A stretch of DNA of 50,910 nucleotides from the sequence record NC_048132.1; one strand, written 5' to 3'. Position 1 is the first letter of the stretch; each line of letters begins with the position of its first letter. Under the pieces are notes generated by a model. It saw nothing but the letters and a program-made list of their open reading frames with translations. It made no database searches and was not told the origin of the DNA. Positions 35,655 to 45,181 of the stretch are shown here, in pieces. Made by a program: the position numbers and the translations under genes. Origin of the DNA: Escherichia phage vB_EcoS-95.

Positions 35655-35972
35655 ATGGCAAAGATGAAACTAACGTTAGGCCCACTGCCTGATTTTAAGC
35701 TGCCTGTTTCTTTCGTGCTTCCAAATGGTGATGAGCAAGTTATTGTTTTTACCGTGCGCCACAAGAAGGCAAGCGAGATTCACGAACGATACACGGCAGA
35801 AAAGCCGATGAGTGACGTAGAAATGATCACCTTCCTTGCTTCCGGTTGGGATCTGGAAGATGAATTTAACGAGGAAAACGTTGCTAAATTGCTGGATTAT
35901 TACCCTTCTGCGTCATTATCGCTGACTGGTCATTATATGAAAGCACTTGCGGGGCAGCGGGTAAAAAACTAA
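35655..35972 (+). CDS. Tail assembly chaperone (lambda gpG analogue)
   Basis: 105-aa ORF between major tail and tape measure; ends in slippery heptamer. Confidence 0.65.
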   Translation: MAKMKLTLGPLPDFKLPVSFVLPNGDEQVIVFTVRHKKASEIHERYTAEKPMSDVEMITFLASGWDLEDEFNEENVAKLLDYYPSASLSLTGHYMKALAGQRVKN

Positions 35973-36289
35973 AGCGGGCGGTTTACCTGTTTTACCTCAA
36001 GCCGCCAACTGACGCACAATTAGAGGCCGTCGGCCTATCCCGTTCAGACTACGAAGGGGAGGAGCCGCCGGAGGTAATTTTTGATGAATCAATGTTTCAA
36101 TCTTGGGATCTGTTTTGCGCCATGCAGACGCAATGGAGATCGACTAGCGGCAGCGTGTATGGGTTCGACTATAACGTTTTGCCCATGCTTTTTGACATTT
36201 ACAAGATTGATGATCGTGAGATGGCGCTAAATGATTTGCGCATCATGGAACAAAAGGCGCTAGAAATGATTCATTCAAACAAAACATAA
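35655..36289 (+). CDS. Tail assembly chaperone frameshift fusion (lambda gpGT analogue)
   Basis: -1 frame after 35969 reads KKLKRAVYLFYLKPPTDAQLEAVGLSRSDYEGEEPPEVIFDESMFQSWDLFCAMQTQWRS... without stops to 36289. Confidence 0.55.
35963..35969 (+). other. Programmed -1 ribosomal frameshift slippery heptamer A_AAA_AAC
   Basis: Canonical XXXYYYZ heptamer 1 codon before the G stop; -1 frame is open from here through ORF 36092-36289. Confidence 0.65.
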
Positions 36290-36310
36290 GCGCCGCGAGG
36301 CGCTTTTTTA
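36290..36310 (+). terminator. Rho-independent terminator-like hairpin before the tape measure gene
   Basis: GCGCC-GCGA-GGCGC followed by TTTTTT. Confidence 0.5.
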
Positions 36311-36328
36311 ATATCTGGAGGTTTTAAA

Positions 36329-39010
36329 ATGGCTGAAAAATACGCTGGCCTAACGCTAGGCGTTGACGTGTCGCAGGTCAACAATGCTGTTAAATCATTG
36401 CAGCAATTCAAGAAGGCAAACGACGACGCAAAAAAAAGCGTTAATGAATTTGTTGATTCTGAGGTTGTGGCCCGACAGCAAGCAAAACAGCTTGCCGAAG
36501 AACTGGCGCGCCAGAAAGCAGAATTTAAGAAAATCCAGGAGTCAATTGATCCCACCGCATCAAAGATGGATAAGCTGAGAAAGGCAGCGACACAGCTTGA
36601 TGCGCTATGGAAAAAGGGCGTTGTTCCTGATCAGACTTTTTTTGAGCTTGGGGCAATTCTTGAGATGCAGCAAAACAAGCTGATCGCAACAAAAAAAGCG
36701 ATGACAGAGGAAGGCCGCGCGGCGCTTGAGGAATCAAAGAACAAGGCGCGAGCAGCGGAAGAGGCTAAAAAATTCGTCCAGGCTTTGCGTGAGCAGGAAG
36801 AAGCAGCAGGAAAAAGCAAGTCTGAATTGCTGGAAATGAAAGCGGCACAGCTTGGAGTTAGCCAGGAGGCAGCACCTTACATCGCAAGACTGAAAGAGCA
36901 GGAAAAGCAGATCCAAAAACTTGGGATTTCTACAGGCCAATACAAACAAGCAATGCAGCAATTGCCAATGCAGATCACAGACGTGGTGACTTCACTTGCT
37001 TCTGGTATGCCCGTTTGGTTGGTCGCAGTCCAGCAGGGTGGACAGATCAAGGATTCTTTTGGTGGTGCATCCAATGCTTTAAAAGCGTTGCTATCTTTCC
37101 TGAATCCGGTAAACGTGGCGTTTGGTTTGCTTTCCGGCACGCTGGCAATTGCTGCATATAATGCCCACAAAGCACAGACAGAGCTTGAGGCAATTAAAAA
37201 AACCGTTCAGGAAACAACTGGCTTGAGTGGTGAGTTTGCCGAAAAGATTGCTATAGGAATCCAGGAGCTTTCCGACAAGACAGGCGAAAGCGCCGAAGAT
37301 CTGGCAAAGGCTTACATAACAACGAAAGACGGCGCGAGCGAGGCGATTAAAAAACTGGTTGACGTTGGAATGACTTATGATGACGCAAAAAAGAAAGTCA
37401 ACGAGTACAAGGGCGCGTCTAGCTTTGTCAGCTTGAATAACGAAATTGCAAACCACAAAAACAAAGTCCTTGAGTTGGGCGAGTCGTGGTATGAAGTTTT
37501 GAAAGCTAAGCGTGATTACGCTTCCCCGTCCGGCGGCCTGTTAGGTAAAGAGCTTGGCTATGTTAATCCTATGCTTAAGTTTGCACTTAACACTTATGAA
37601 GACATTGGAAAGGTCGTAAAAGATGCGAATAAGGACATGGCGGAGCGAGCGGAGCGAATCGACAAAGAAAACCTGTCATTAAACAGAGTGAGAGCGGCGC
37701 AAGAGGCTTTAAACAAAGCCATTGAGGATCAGAAGGGCGTGGCGCGTTCGGCTGATGAAGAACTGAAAAAGCGCGCGGCTGAAAACGTGGAGTTCAGACG
37801 CAAAGAGCTTGAGGAGATCAAGAAGCAGGAGCAGAAAAAGAAAGAGGCTAAAGGGGGAATAGTTCGCGGCCCTACTGAGCAGCTTGATAAAGAGTTGTAC
37901 GTTTTAAAAGCGCAACTGGAAACTCTTAAAGAGCATCGCACTGTTAACGATGTTATTTCTCGCCAGCGTAAATCTTTATGGAGCATCGAAAAGCAGATCG
38001 AGATCCTGGAGAATGCGCAGAGCAAGCGTAAATTGACCGGAGCGGAACAGGCGCTACTAAACGAGCAAAAAGCCGTTCTTGAAAGGGCAAGACAAAAAGC
38101 GGAGCTAGGGGATCAGATTGTTTTGCAGGAGCGCAAAAACAAGCTGGAGCAAGATAGTCTTAAGTTTATCCGTGAAACGGAGGCGGCTATTGATGCGATT
38201 GGCCTTAAGCAACTTGGATACACTGAAAAGCAGATCGAGCGTGAGCTAGAGTTACGCAAGCTGCGCACCGACTACGAGGCGCAAGGCGGAAGCGTTAGCG
38301 ACGAAGTTTTTCAGCAAATGGAGACGAAACTTAAGCTGTATTACCAGGCACAAGACGAGGCGCAAGGCAACTGGTTAGCCGGAGCAAAGAACGCATGGGA
38401 GCTATTCGCGGAAGATGCAAACAATGCCTATGGCAATGTTCAGCAGATTGCAAGCGAGGCGTTAAACGGCCTTACAAACCAATTAGCGAATTTTATCGCT
38501 ACTGGCAAGGCAAACTTTAAAGACTTCTCGACTGCTATCATCAAAATGATTATTCAGATGATCACGAAAATGGTTGTCTTTAATGCGTTATCTGGCCTGA
38601 TGGGTGGTCAAACCTGGACGATGGGGAGCTTGCTTAAGAATATTGGCGGATTTGCTGGCGGTGGATACACTGGCGACGGCGGGAAGTATGAGCCAGCCGG
38701 AATTGTTCATAAGGGTGAATTTGTCATGACGAAGGAGGCAACGCAGCGTATCGGAGTAGGCAACTTGTACCGCATGATGCGAGGCTATGCTAACGGCGGC
38801 GTTGTTGGTGGTTCCGGCTATACTGGCGGTGGCACTGTCACTGGTGGAGCACCTCAATTTAACATCGGTGGGATTGATGTTAGCATCAATAACGGCAATG
38901 ATCCGAAGGGTATCGAAACTGGTGTTAAGATGATCTTTACTGATATGATTAGACGTTCCTGTATGCAGGGCGGGGAGGTTTACGAATTTGTTATGAGCAA
39001 GCGAGGTTGA
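36329..39010 (+). CDS. Tail tape measure protein
   Basis: 893 aa, coiled-coil-rich, Gly-rich C-terminal region; position after G/GT. Confidence 0.8.
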   Translation: MAEKYAGLTLGVDVSQVNNAVKSLQQFKKANDDAKKSVNEFVDSEVVARQQAKQLAEELARQKAEFKKIQESIDPTASKMDKLRKAATQLDALWKKGVVPDQTFFELGAILEMQQNKLIATKKAMTEEGRAALEESKNKARAAEEAKKFVQALREQEEAAGKSKSELLEMKAAQLGVSQEAAPYIARLKEQEKQIQKLGISTGQYKQAMQQLPMQITDVVTSLASGMPVWLVAVQQGGQIKDSFGGASNALKALLSFLNPVNVAFGLLSGTLAIAAYNAHKAQTELEAIKKTVQETTGLSGEFAEKIAIGIQELSDKTGESAEDLAKAYITTKDGASEAIKKLVDVGMTYDDAKKKVNEYKGASSFVSLNNEIANHKNKVLELGESWYEVLKAKRDYASPSGGLLGKELGYVNPMLKFALNTYEDIGKVVKDANKDMAERAERIDKENLSLNRVRAAQEALNKAIEDQKGVARSADEELKKRAAENVEFRRKELEEIKKQEQKKKEAKGGIVRGPTEQLDKELYVLKAQLETLKEHRTVNDVISRQRKSLWSIEKQIEILENAQSKRKLTGAEQALLNEQKAVLERARQKAELGDQIVLQERKNKLEQDSLKFIRETEAAIDAIGLKQLGYTEKQIERELELRKLRTDYEAQGGSVSDEVFQQMETKLKLYYQAQDEAQGNWLAGAKNAWELFAEDANNAYGNVQQIASEALNGLTNQLANFIATGKANFKDFSTAIIKMIIQMITKMVVFNALSGLMGGQTWTMGSLLKNIGGFAGGGYTGDGGKYEPAGIVHKGEFVMTKEATQRIGVGNLYRMMRGYANGGVVGGSGYTGGGTVTGGAPQFNIGGIDVSINNGNDPKGIETGVKMIFTDMIRRSCMQGGEVYEFVMSKRG

Positions 39011-39363
39011 TAATGAAGCTGGATCAGTTTAAGTGGTGTACGCAGGTTCAGAACGGCGGCGGGGCAATGACGTCATCGAATAACGATCGAGAGATTGCAT
39101 TCGGTAACGGATACACACAGGTAGCATCTGGAGGTTTTAACACAATCCGGCGAGAGTTTAGCATTGTTTACGCTGGGCTTGATTACAGAGATGTTGTCAA
39201 GTTCCTGAATGAGCACAGGCTAAAGCCTTTCTTGTGGATCATGCCTGATGGAAGCCCTGGATTGTTCAGGGTGAAAAGCGGCAGCGTCGGCCTTACTCCA
39301 CTGTCGCCAACCGTTCAGGAAGTAAAAGCCACTTTTACGGAGCAATTTACATCAATGCAATAA
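39007..39363 (+). CDS. Minor tail protein (lambda gpM analogue)
   Basis: 118 aa immediately after tape measure with ATGA overlap. Confidence 0.55.
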   Translation: MIMKLDQFKWCTQVQNGGGAMTSSNNDREIAFGNGYTQVASGGFNTIRREFSIVYAGLDYRDVVKFLNEHRLKPFLWIMPDGSPGLFRVKSGSVGLTPLSPTVQEVKATFTEQFTSMQ

Positions 39364-39368
39364 TTTAA

Positions 39369-39392
39369 AGCCGCCTTTGTGCGGCTTTTTTC
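39369..39392 (+). terminator. Rho-independent terminator followed by TGTTACAAT extended -10-like element
   Basis: AGCCGC-CTTTGT-GCGGCT followed by TTTTTT; TGTTACAAT about 5 bp downstream. Confidence 0.5.
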
Positions 39393-39425
39393 TTGATGTT
39401 ACAATGAGCAAAAAGGAGGTAGAAA

Positions 39426-40187
39426 ATGGCTAATAAAGAATCAGGTAGAGTTGAATTTGAGAACTGCCTACAAAGTTTATACCCAGGCGAAATTATAACG
39501 CTCGTAGAGATTGATGGGACGAAGTTCGGAGCAAATATTTACCGATTTCACAATGAGAACATCTCTTATACTGCCGAAGAATTAATGCAAGCGCAGCAAA
39601 CCGGAATCTTGCCGCCGAAAGATATTATTTTTCAGGGTGAGGTTTACGGAGCGCGGCCTTTCGGTGTGAGCGGGATTAACTTCACAAGTAACGGCAGGGC
39701 AGATAAGCCTCAACTTATAGTGTCAAACCTTGACAGCAGGGTTAGCGCCATGATCAGAAATTACAATGGCATGATGCAAGCAAAGGTGACTTTCTGGATT
39801 ACGGCAAAGGAATTTATAGGAGAAGGCGGAGCAATCAAAGATGGCGCTTACAGAAAATTGGTTTATTACATTGAGCGCCCAAGCCAGTATAATAGAGAGG
39901 TGGCGAAATTTGATCTGACGTCGCCTTACGATATGGATGGATTGATGATCCCGCCGCGCATCACTCAAAGCGTTTGCTATTGGGCGCAAAGGGGGTGGTA
40001 CAGGAGCGGAAAGGGTTGCTCTTATAACGGATCGGCAATGTTCGATAAAGACAATAAGCCAGTAACAGAACCATCACAAGACTATTGCGCAGGAACTGTA
40101 ACGGCTTGCAAATTGAGATTCGGTCAGCAAAACGAGTTGGATTTCGGCGGTTGCGCGGTGGCGTCACTGCTACGGAGGAATCAATAA
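39426..40187 (+). CDS. Minor tail protein (lambda gpL analogue)
   Basis: 253 aa; C-terminal Cys cluster (CYWAQRGWYRSGKGCSYNG...C..C) as in gpL; gene order M-L-K-I-J. Confidence 0.6.
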   Translation: MANKESGRVEFENCLQSLYPGEIITLVEIDGTKFGANIYRFHNENISYTAEELMQAQQTGILPPKDIIFQGEVYGARPFGVSGINFTSNGRADKPQLIVSNLDSRVSAMIRNYNGMMQAKVTFWITAKEFIGEGGAIKDGAYRKLVYYIERPSQYNREVAKFDLTSPYDMDGLMIPPRITQSVCYWAQRGWYRSGKGCSYNGSAMFDKDNKPVTEPSQDYCAGTVTACKLRFGQQNELDFGGCAVASLLRRNQ

Positions 40188-40918
40188 TGATTAGTGCAAA
40201 AATTAAACTTGAAATAATGCAGCACGTTAAAGAGGAATACCCTAAAGAGGCTTGCGGTGTCATAACTCAAAAGTCACGGGTACAGAAATATCACCGCATA
40301 ACCAACGTGCATGACGATCCAGAAAATCATTTTGAAATGGACGCCGTAGAATACGCTGAATCGCTCGACAAAGGCGAATTAATCGCGGTGGTGCATTCCC
40401 ATTGCGGGGATGGTGCTAGTACGATACCGAGCGCGCACGACTCATGTATGTGCGATGAAATGGGTGTATCGTGGATTATAGTTTCATGGCCCGAAGGTGA
40501 TATGAGAATTGTCGAGCCGCAGGAGAGGCCGCTTATCGGTCGCCCGTGGTCGCTGGGGTCGTTCGATTGCTGGGGTCTTATCATGGCGTGGCATAAACAG
40601 CACGGAGTAGTATTGAATGACTTCCGAAAGCCTTACGAGTGGTGGAAGTCAGAATATGGTGAAAATCTTTACCAGGATAATTATTTGAAAGAGGGATTTG
40701 TTGAAACTAACGAGCCTCCAAAACCTGGTGATATGGTGATTATGCAGCTATCATCGCCAGTCTGGAATCATGCTGGGATTTATTTGGGTAACAATCAGCT
40801 ATTACATCATGCGTTTGGAAAGCTATCTCGCATTGACTTGTATTCTGGATGGTATCAGGAGCACACTGTAAAAATTTGCCGACATAAGGATCTGAAATAT
40901 GACATTGAAAGTAATTAA
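40187..40918 (+). CDS. Tail assembly protein (lambda gpK analogue; JAMM/MPN + NlpC/P60)
   Basis: JAMM-like HSHCGDGASTIPSAHD and NlpC/P60-like CWGLIM...H motifs; start at ATG overlapping gpL stop. Confidence 0.65.
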   Translation: MISAKIKLEIMQHVKEEYPKEACGVITQKSRVQKYHRITNVHDDPENHFEMDAVEYAESLDKGELIAVVHSHCGDGASTIPSAHDSCMCDEMGVSWIIVSWPEGDMRIVEPQERPLIGRPWSLGSFDCWGLIMAWHKQHGVVLNDFRKPYEWWKSEYGENLYQDNYLKEGFVETNEPPKPGDMVIMQLSSPVWNHAGIYLGNNQLLHHAFGKLSRIDLYSGWYQEHTVKICRHKDLKYDIESN

Positions 40919-41495
40919 GCTATCTGGTTCCCTGGGGCGTAGATTTGGCGTCTTTCACAAAATGGCGGTTGACTCATACCCCGAAGCAATACGCGCGTTA
41001 TCTTCCCAAGTTGAAGGGTTCAAGGACTACATGCAAAGCGAAGTAGGATCGCGAATGAAGTATGCTGTATTCGTTGATGGAAAAAACGTTGGTCAGCATG
41101 ATGAAAAATCATGGAAGTGCGCGCGAGAGGTTCGAATAGTTCCTGTTCCAACTGGTTCTAAGTCCGGCGGCCTGTTCAATGTTGTTTTTGGTGCTGTAAT
41201 TATGGCTACTGCTTTCATTACTGGCGGTGCAAGCCTGGCGGCTATGGGCGCTTTTGCATCTTCCGCATTTATGATGGGTGGTGCTATCGCGCTTGGCGGT
41301 GTCATGCAAATGATCTCGCCGCAGCAGGGTGGAATGAAACTGCAAAGCCAATCAGCAGAAAACAAGCCTTCTTACGCTTTCGGCGGCGCAGTAAATACCA
41401 CGGCGGCAGGTTATCCGGTTCCTTTGCCATATGGATATAGGACAGTAGGCGGCGCGATCTGGTCGGCTGGCAGCTACGCAGAAGATAAAGCATAA
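40899..41495 (+). CDS. Tail assembly protein (lambda gpI analogue)
   Basis: 198 aa between K and J analogues; Gly/Ala-rich hydrophobic C-terminal half. Confidence 0.5.
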   Translation: MTLKVIKLSGSLGRRFGVFHKMAVDSYPEAIRALSSQVEGFKDYMQSEVGSRMKYAVFVDGKNVGQHDEKSWKCAREVRIVPVPTGSKSGGLFNVVFGAVIMATAFITGGASLAAMGAFASSAFMMGGAIALGGVMQMISPQQGGMKLQSQSAENKPSYAFGGAVNTTAAGYPVPLPYGYRTVGGAIWSAGSYAEDKA

Positions 41496-41502
41496 AAAAA
41501 TA

Positions 41503-41525
41503 CCCGCCTTGCGCGGGTTTTTTTG
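41503..41525 (+). terminator. Rho-independent terminator before the J-like gene
   Basis: CCCGC-CTTGC-GCGGG followed by T8; TATAAT at about 41532. Confidence 0.55.
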
Positions 41526-41573
41526 TGCCTTTATAATGTGCAAACCAAGAAACAGCACAAAAGGTTAAAAGTC

Positions 41574-44500
41574 ATGGCTAAATATATGATAAGTGGCAGT
41601 AAAGGGGGCGGTCAAAAGCCCTACGTGCCAAAAGAGATGGAAGATAACCTGATCTCGATAAATAAGATTAAAGTTTTGCTTGCTGTATCTGATGGCGAGT
41701 GCGATCCAAATTTCACGTTGCGCGATCTTTATCTTGATGATGTTCCGGTTATTGCCAGCGATGGCACTGTTAACTACGAGGGAGTTACGGCTGAATATCG
41801 ACCAGGTACGCAGACGCAAGATTACATCCAGGGGTTTACTGACACATCAAGCGAGGTGACAGTTTCGCGAGATATTACAGCAGACAATCCTTATGTTATA
41901 TCTGTGACAAACAAAAATCTTTCTGCAATCAGAATCAAGATTCTGATGCCAGTTGGCATGAAGCAGGAGGATAACGGCGATCTTGTTGGCGTAAGGGTTC
42001 AATATGCCGTAGATATGGCTGTTGATGGCGGTTCTTATAACGAGGTTATGAGAGATGTAATTGACGGCAAGACGAGATCAGGATATGACCGCAGCAGAAG
42101 GATTGATCTTCCTAAGTTTGATGAGCGCGTTTTAATCAGGGTCAAGCGACTTACTCCAGACAGCACATCTTCAAAGGTGACTGATAAAATCAAACTGCAA
42201 AGTTACGCTGAGGTTGTGGATGCAAAATTCCGTTATCCTCTGACTGGCCTTGTATTCGTAGAATTTGACAGCGAATTGTTTCCTACGCAAATCCCTAACA
42301 TTTCTATAAAAAAGAAATGGAAGATTATTAATGTGCCAAGCAACTATGATCCAATATCTAGAGAATATCACGGGTCATGGGATGGGACTTTTAAAAAAGC
42401 GTGGTCAAATAATCCTGCTTGGGTTCTTTATGATCTGGTAACGAATCAGCGTTACGGGCTTGACCAGCGAGAGCTAGGAATACAGATCGACAAGTGGAGC
42501 TTATACGAGGCAGGCGTTTACTGCGATCAGAAAGTTCCAGACGGTAAGGGCGGTACAGAGCCTCGATACCTATGCGATGTGGTGATTCAGAATCAAGTTG
42601 AGGCTTATCAGCTAATACGTGACATTTGCTCAATCTTTCGCGGAATGAGCTTTTGGAATGGTGAGAGCTTATCAATCGTGATTGATAAGCCGCGCGATCC
42701 ATCATACGTGTTTACTAATGAAAACGTCATAAACGGTGATTTTCAGTACACAACCGCAAGCGAAAAAAGCATGTACACGCAGTGTAACGTGACGTTTGAC
42801 GACGAACAAAACATGTATCAGCAGGACGTAGAGGGGGTTTTTGACACTGAGGCGGCATTGCGATTTGGATACAATCCAACAAGCATTACAGCGATCGGGT
42901 GTACACGCAGGAGCGAAGCGAATCGTCGCGGTCGGTGGGTTTTGAAAACAAACCTTAGAAGCACTACTGTAAACTTTGCTACCGGACTAGAGGGGATGAT
43001 TCCATCAATAGGTGATGTGATTGCTATCGCTGATAATTTTCAGAGCAGCAACCTAACGTTAAACCTATCGGGCCGAGTGATGGAAGTTTCAGGATTGCAG
43101 GTTTTCGTTCCGTTTAAGGTTGATGCTCGTCCTGGTGATTTTATTATCATCAACAAGCCGGACGGCAAGCCAGTTAAGCGCACGATCTCAAAGGTTAGCG
43201 CAGACGGAAAAACCATTGAGTTAAATATTGGATTTGGTTTTGATGTTAAGCCTGACACTGTTTTTGCGATTGACCGTACTGACCTTGCGTTGCAGCAATA
43301 CGTTGTGACAACTATCAGCAAGGGTGATGACGAAAACGAGTTTACCTATTCAATCACGGCTGTGGAGTACGATCCGAACAAATACGACGAGATTGATTAT
43401 GGCGTAAACATTGATGACAGGCCTACTTCAATTGTTCAGCCTGACGTGATGGCAGTGCCGGAGAATGTTCAGATCTCATCTTATTCTCGCGTCGTGCAGG
43501 GTGTTAGCGTTGAAACTATGGTTGTTTCATGGGATAAGGTTCCTTACGCATCGCTTTATGAAATGCAGTGGCGAAAAGGTGATGGCAACTGGCTGAATAC
43601 GCCGCAGACAGCTAACAAAGAGATAGAGGTAGAAGGGATTTACTCAGGGAACTATCAAGTAAGGGTTAGATCTGTTTCTGCAAGTGGGAACACCTCCCCG
43701 TGGTCAAAGATTGCAACCGCCACCCTGACAGGTAAAGTTGGCGAGCCAGGAGCGCCGATTAATCTTACAGCTTCTGATAATGAAGTTTTTGGCATTCGTG
43801 TTAAATGGGGTATGCCGGAAGGATCAGGCGATACGGCTTACATTGAGCTTCACCAATCGCCAGACGGAACGGTTGAAAACTCAAGCCTGCTTACGCTGAT
43901 TCCATATCCTCAATATGAGTATTGGCATAGCACGTTACCAGCGGGTCAAGTTGTATGGTATAGAATCCGTAGCGTTGACAGGATCGGTAATGTTTCCGGC
44001 TGGACTGACTTTGTTCGCGGCATGGCGTCAGATGATGTTGAATCTGTTTTAGGCGACATTCTGGACAAGATTTTTGATACCGAAGCGGGTCAAGAAATCA
44101 AAGAGAACGCCATAGACAGTGCCAACAAAATCAAAGACCAGGCGCAATCAATCATCCAGAACGCATTGGCAAACGATGCTGATGTGAAATGGACGAGAGT
44201 ACAAAACGGAAAGCGCAAGGCTGAATATGGTCACGCTCTTGAGCTTATCGCCAACGAAACGGAGGCGCGAGTAACTCAAATCGAAGAGTTAAAGGCTTCA
44301 ATTGATGACGATATAGTTTCAAGTATCAAAACCGTTCAGGAAGCGATTGCCAACGAATCAGAGACGCGAGCTACTCAAGTTCAGCAGCTTGATTCTAAAT
44401 TTACGAAGGAAATAGACGGCGTAAAACGAGATACGGCTGCAAGCATTGGCGAGGTAAGGCAAACCATTACCAATGAATCAGAAGCGCGTGCGCAAGCTGT

Positions 44501-45152
44501 TCAGCAGCTTGACGCTAAGTTTACGAAAGAGATAAACGACCTTGACGAAGTGATCAAAACCGAAGTCGAGGCTAACATCTCAGAAGTTAAACAGGCGATC
44601 GCTAATGAGACAGAGGCAAGGGTTCAGGCCGACCAGTCTTTAACAGCTAAATTCGGAGACGTTGAGTCAGCACTAGCCGAAAAACTTGATTCGTGGGCTA
44701 ACGTTGATTCTGTTGGCGCTAAGTACGCTATGAAATTGGGCCTTACTTACAAGGGGCAGAAGTACAGCGCAGGAATGATCATGCAGTTGTCGCAATCTTC
44801 TCAAGGCCTGATCTCGCAAATCTTGTTCGATGCTAACAGGTTCGCGATCATGACTAGCTCTACTGGCGGTACGTTTACATTGCCGTTTGTGGTAGAAAAT
44901 AACCAGGTGTTTATCAACAGTTTGTTGGTGAAAAACGGGTCCATTACTAACGCAATGATTGGTAACGTGATTCAGTCAAATAACTTTGTTCAGAATCAGC
45001 AAGGATGGAGGCTTGATAAAAATGGTAACTTTGAGAACTACGGAACTAGAGCGGGAGAAGGAGCTACAAAATTCACTAACGAAGGATTGAAGGTGAAAGA
45101 TGCAAATGGACGATTGAGAGTTGAGATAGGGAGAATAACCGGAAGTTGGTAA
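41574..45152 (+). CDS. Tail tip / host specificity protein (lambda gpJ analogue)
   Basis: About 1190 aa after M-L-K-I; fibronectin-III-like central region; coiled-coil repeats near the C-terminus. Confidence 0.7.
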   Translation: MAKYMISGSKGGGQKPYVPKEMEDNLISINKIKVLLAVSDGECDPNFTLRDLYLDDVPVIASDGTVNYEGVTAEYRPGTQTQDYIQGFTDTSSEVTVSRDITADNPYVISVTNKNLSAIRIKILMPVGMKQEDNGDLVGVRVQYAVDMAVDGGSYNEVMRDVIDGKTRSGYDRSRRIDLPKFDERVLIRVKRLTPDSTSSKVTDKIKLQSYAEVVDAKFRYPLTGLVFVEFDSELFPTQIPNISIKKKWKIINVPSNYDPISREYHGSWDGTFKKAWSNNPAWVLYDLVTNQRYGLDQRELGIQIDKWSLYEAGVYCDQKVPDGKGGTEPRYLCDVVIQNQVEAYQLIRDICSIFRGMSFWNGESLSIVIDKPRDPSYVFTNENVINGDFQYTTASEKSMYTQCNVTFDDEQNMYQQDVEGVFDTEAALRFGYNPTSITAIGCTRRSEANRRGRWVLKTNLRSTTVNFATGLEGMIPSIGDVIAIADNFQSSNLTLNLSGRVMEVSGLQVFVPFKVDARPGDFIIINKPDGKPVKRTISKVSADGKTIELNIGFGFDVKPDTVFAIDRTDLALQQYVVTTISKGDDENEFTYSITAVEYDPNKYDEIDYGVNIDDRPTSIVQPDVMAVPENVQISSYSRVVQGVSVETMVVSWDKVPYASLYEMQWRKGDGNWLNTPQTANKEIEVEGIYSGNYQVRVRSVSASGNTSPWSKIATATLTGKVGEPGAPINLTASDNEVFGIRVKWGMPEGSGDTAYIELHQSPDGTVENSSLLTLIPYPQYEYWHSTLPAGQVVWYRIRSVDRIGNVSGWTDFVRGMASDDVESVLGDILDKIFDTEAGQEIKENAIDSANKIKDQAQSIIQNALANDADVKWTRVQNGKRKAEYGHALELIANETEARVTQIEELKASIDDDIVSSIKTVQEAIANESETRATQVQQLDSKFTKEIDGVKRDTAASIGEVRQTITNESEARAQAVQQLDAKFTKEINDLDEVIKTEVEANISEVKQAIANETEARVQADQSLTAKFGDVESALAEKLDSWANVDSVGAKYAMKLGLTYKGQKYSAGMIMQLSQSSQGLISQILFDANRFAIMTSSTGGTFTLPFVVENNQVFINSLLVKNGSITNAMIGNVIQSNNFVQNQQGWRLDKNGNFENYGTRAGEGATKFTNEGLKVKDANGRLRVEIGRITGSW

Positions 45153-45181
45153 AAAAAGGGGGCATAGCCCCCTTTAATTTT
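45151..45181. terminator. Bidirectional rho-independent terminator between convergent J and the minus-strand operon
   Basis: GGGGG-CATAG-CCCCC flanked by A7 upstream and TTTAATTTT downstream. Confidence 0.65.

Noticed and set aside
36271-37456. Stack of minus-strand ORFs inside the tape measure gene
   Set aside because: Arise from the repetitive, GC-biased coiled-coil coding sequence of the tape measure gene; no translation signals.
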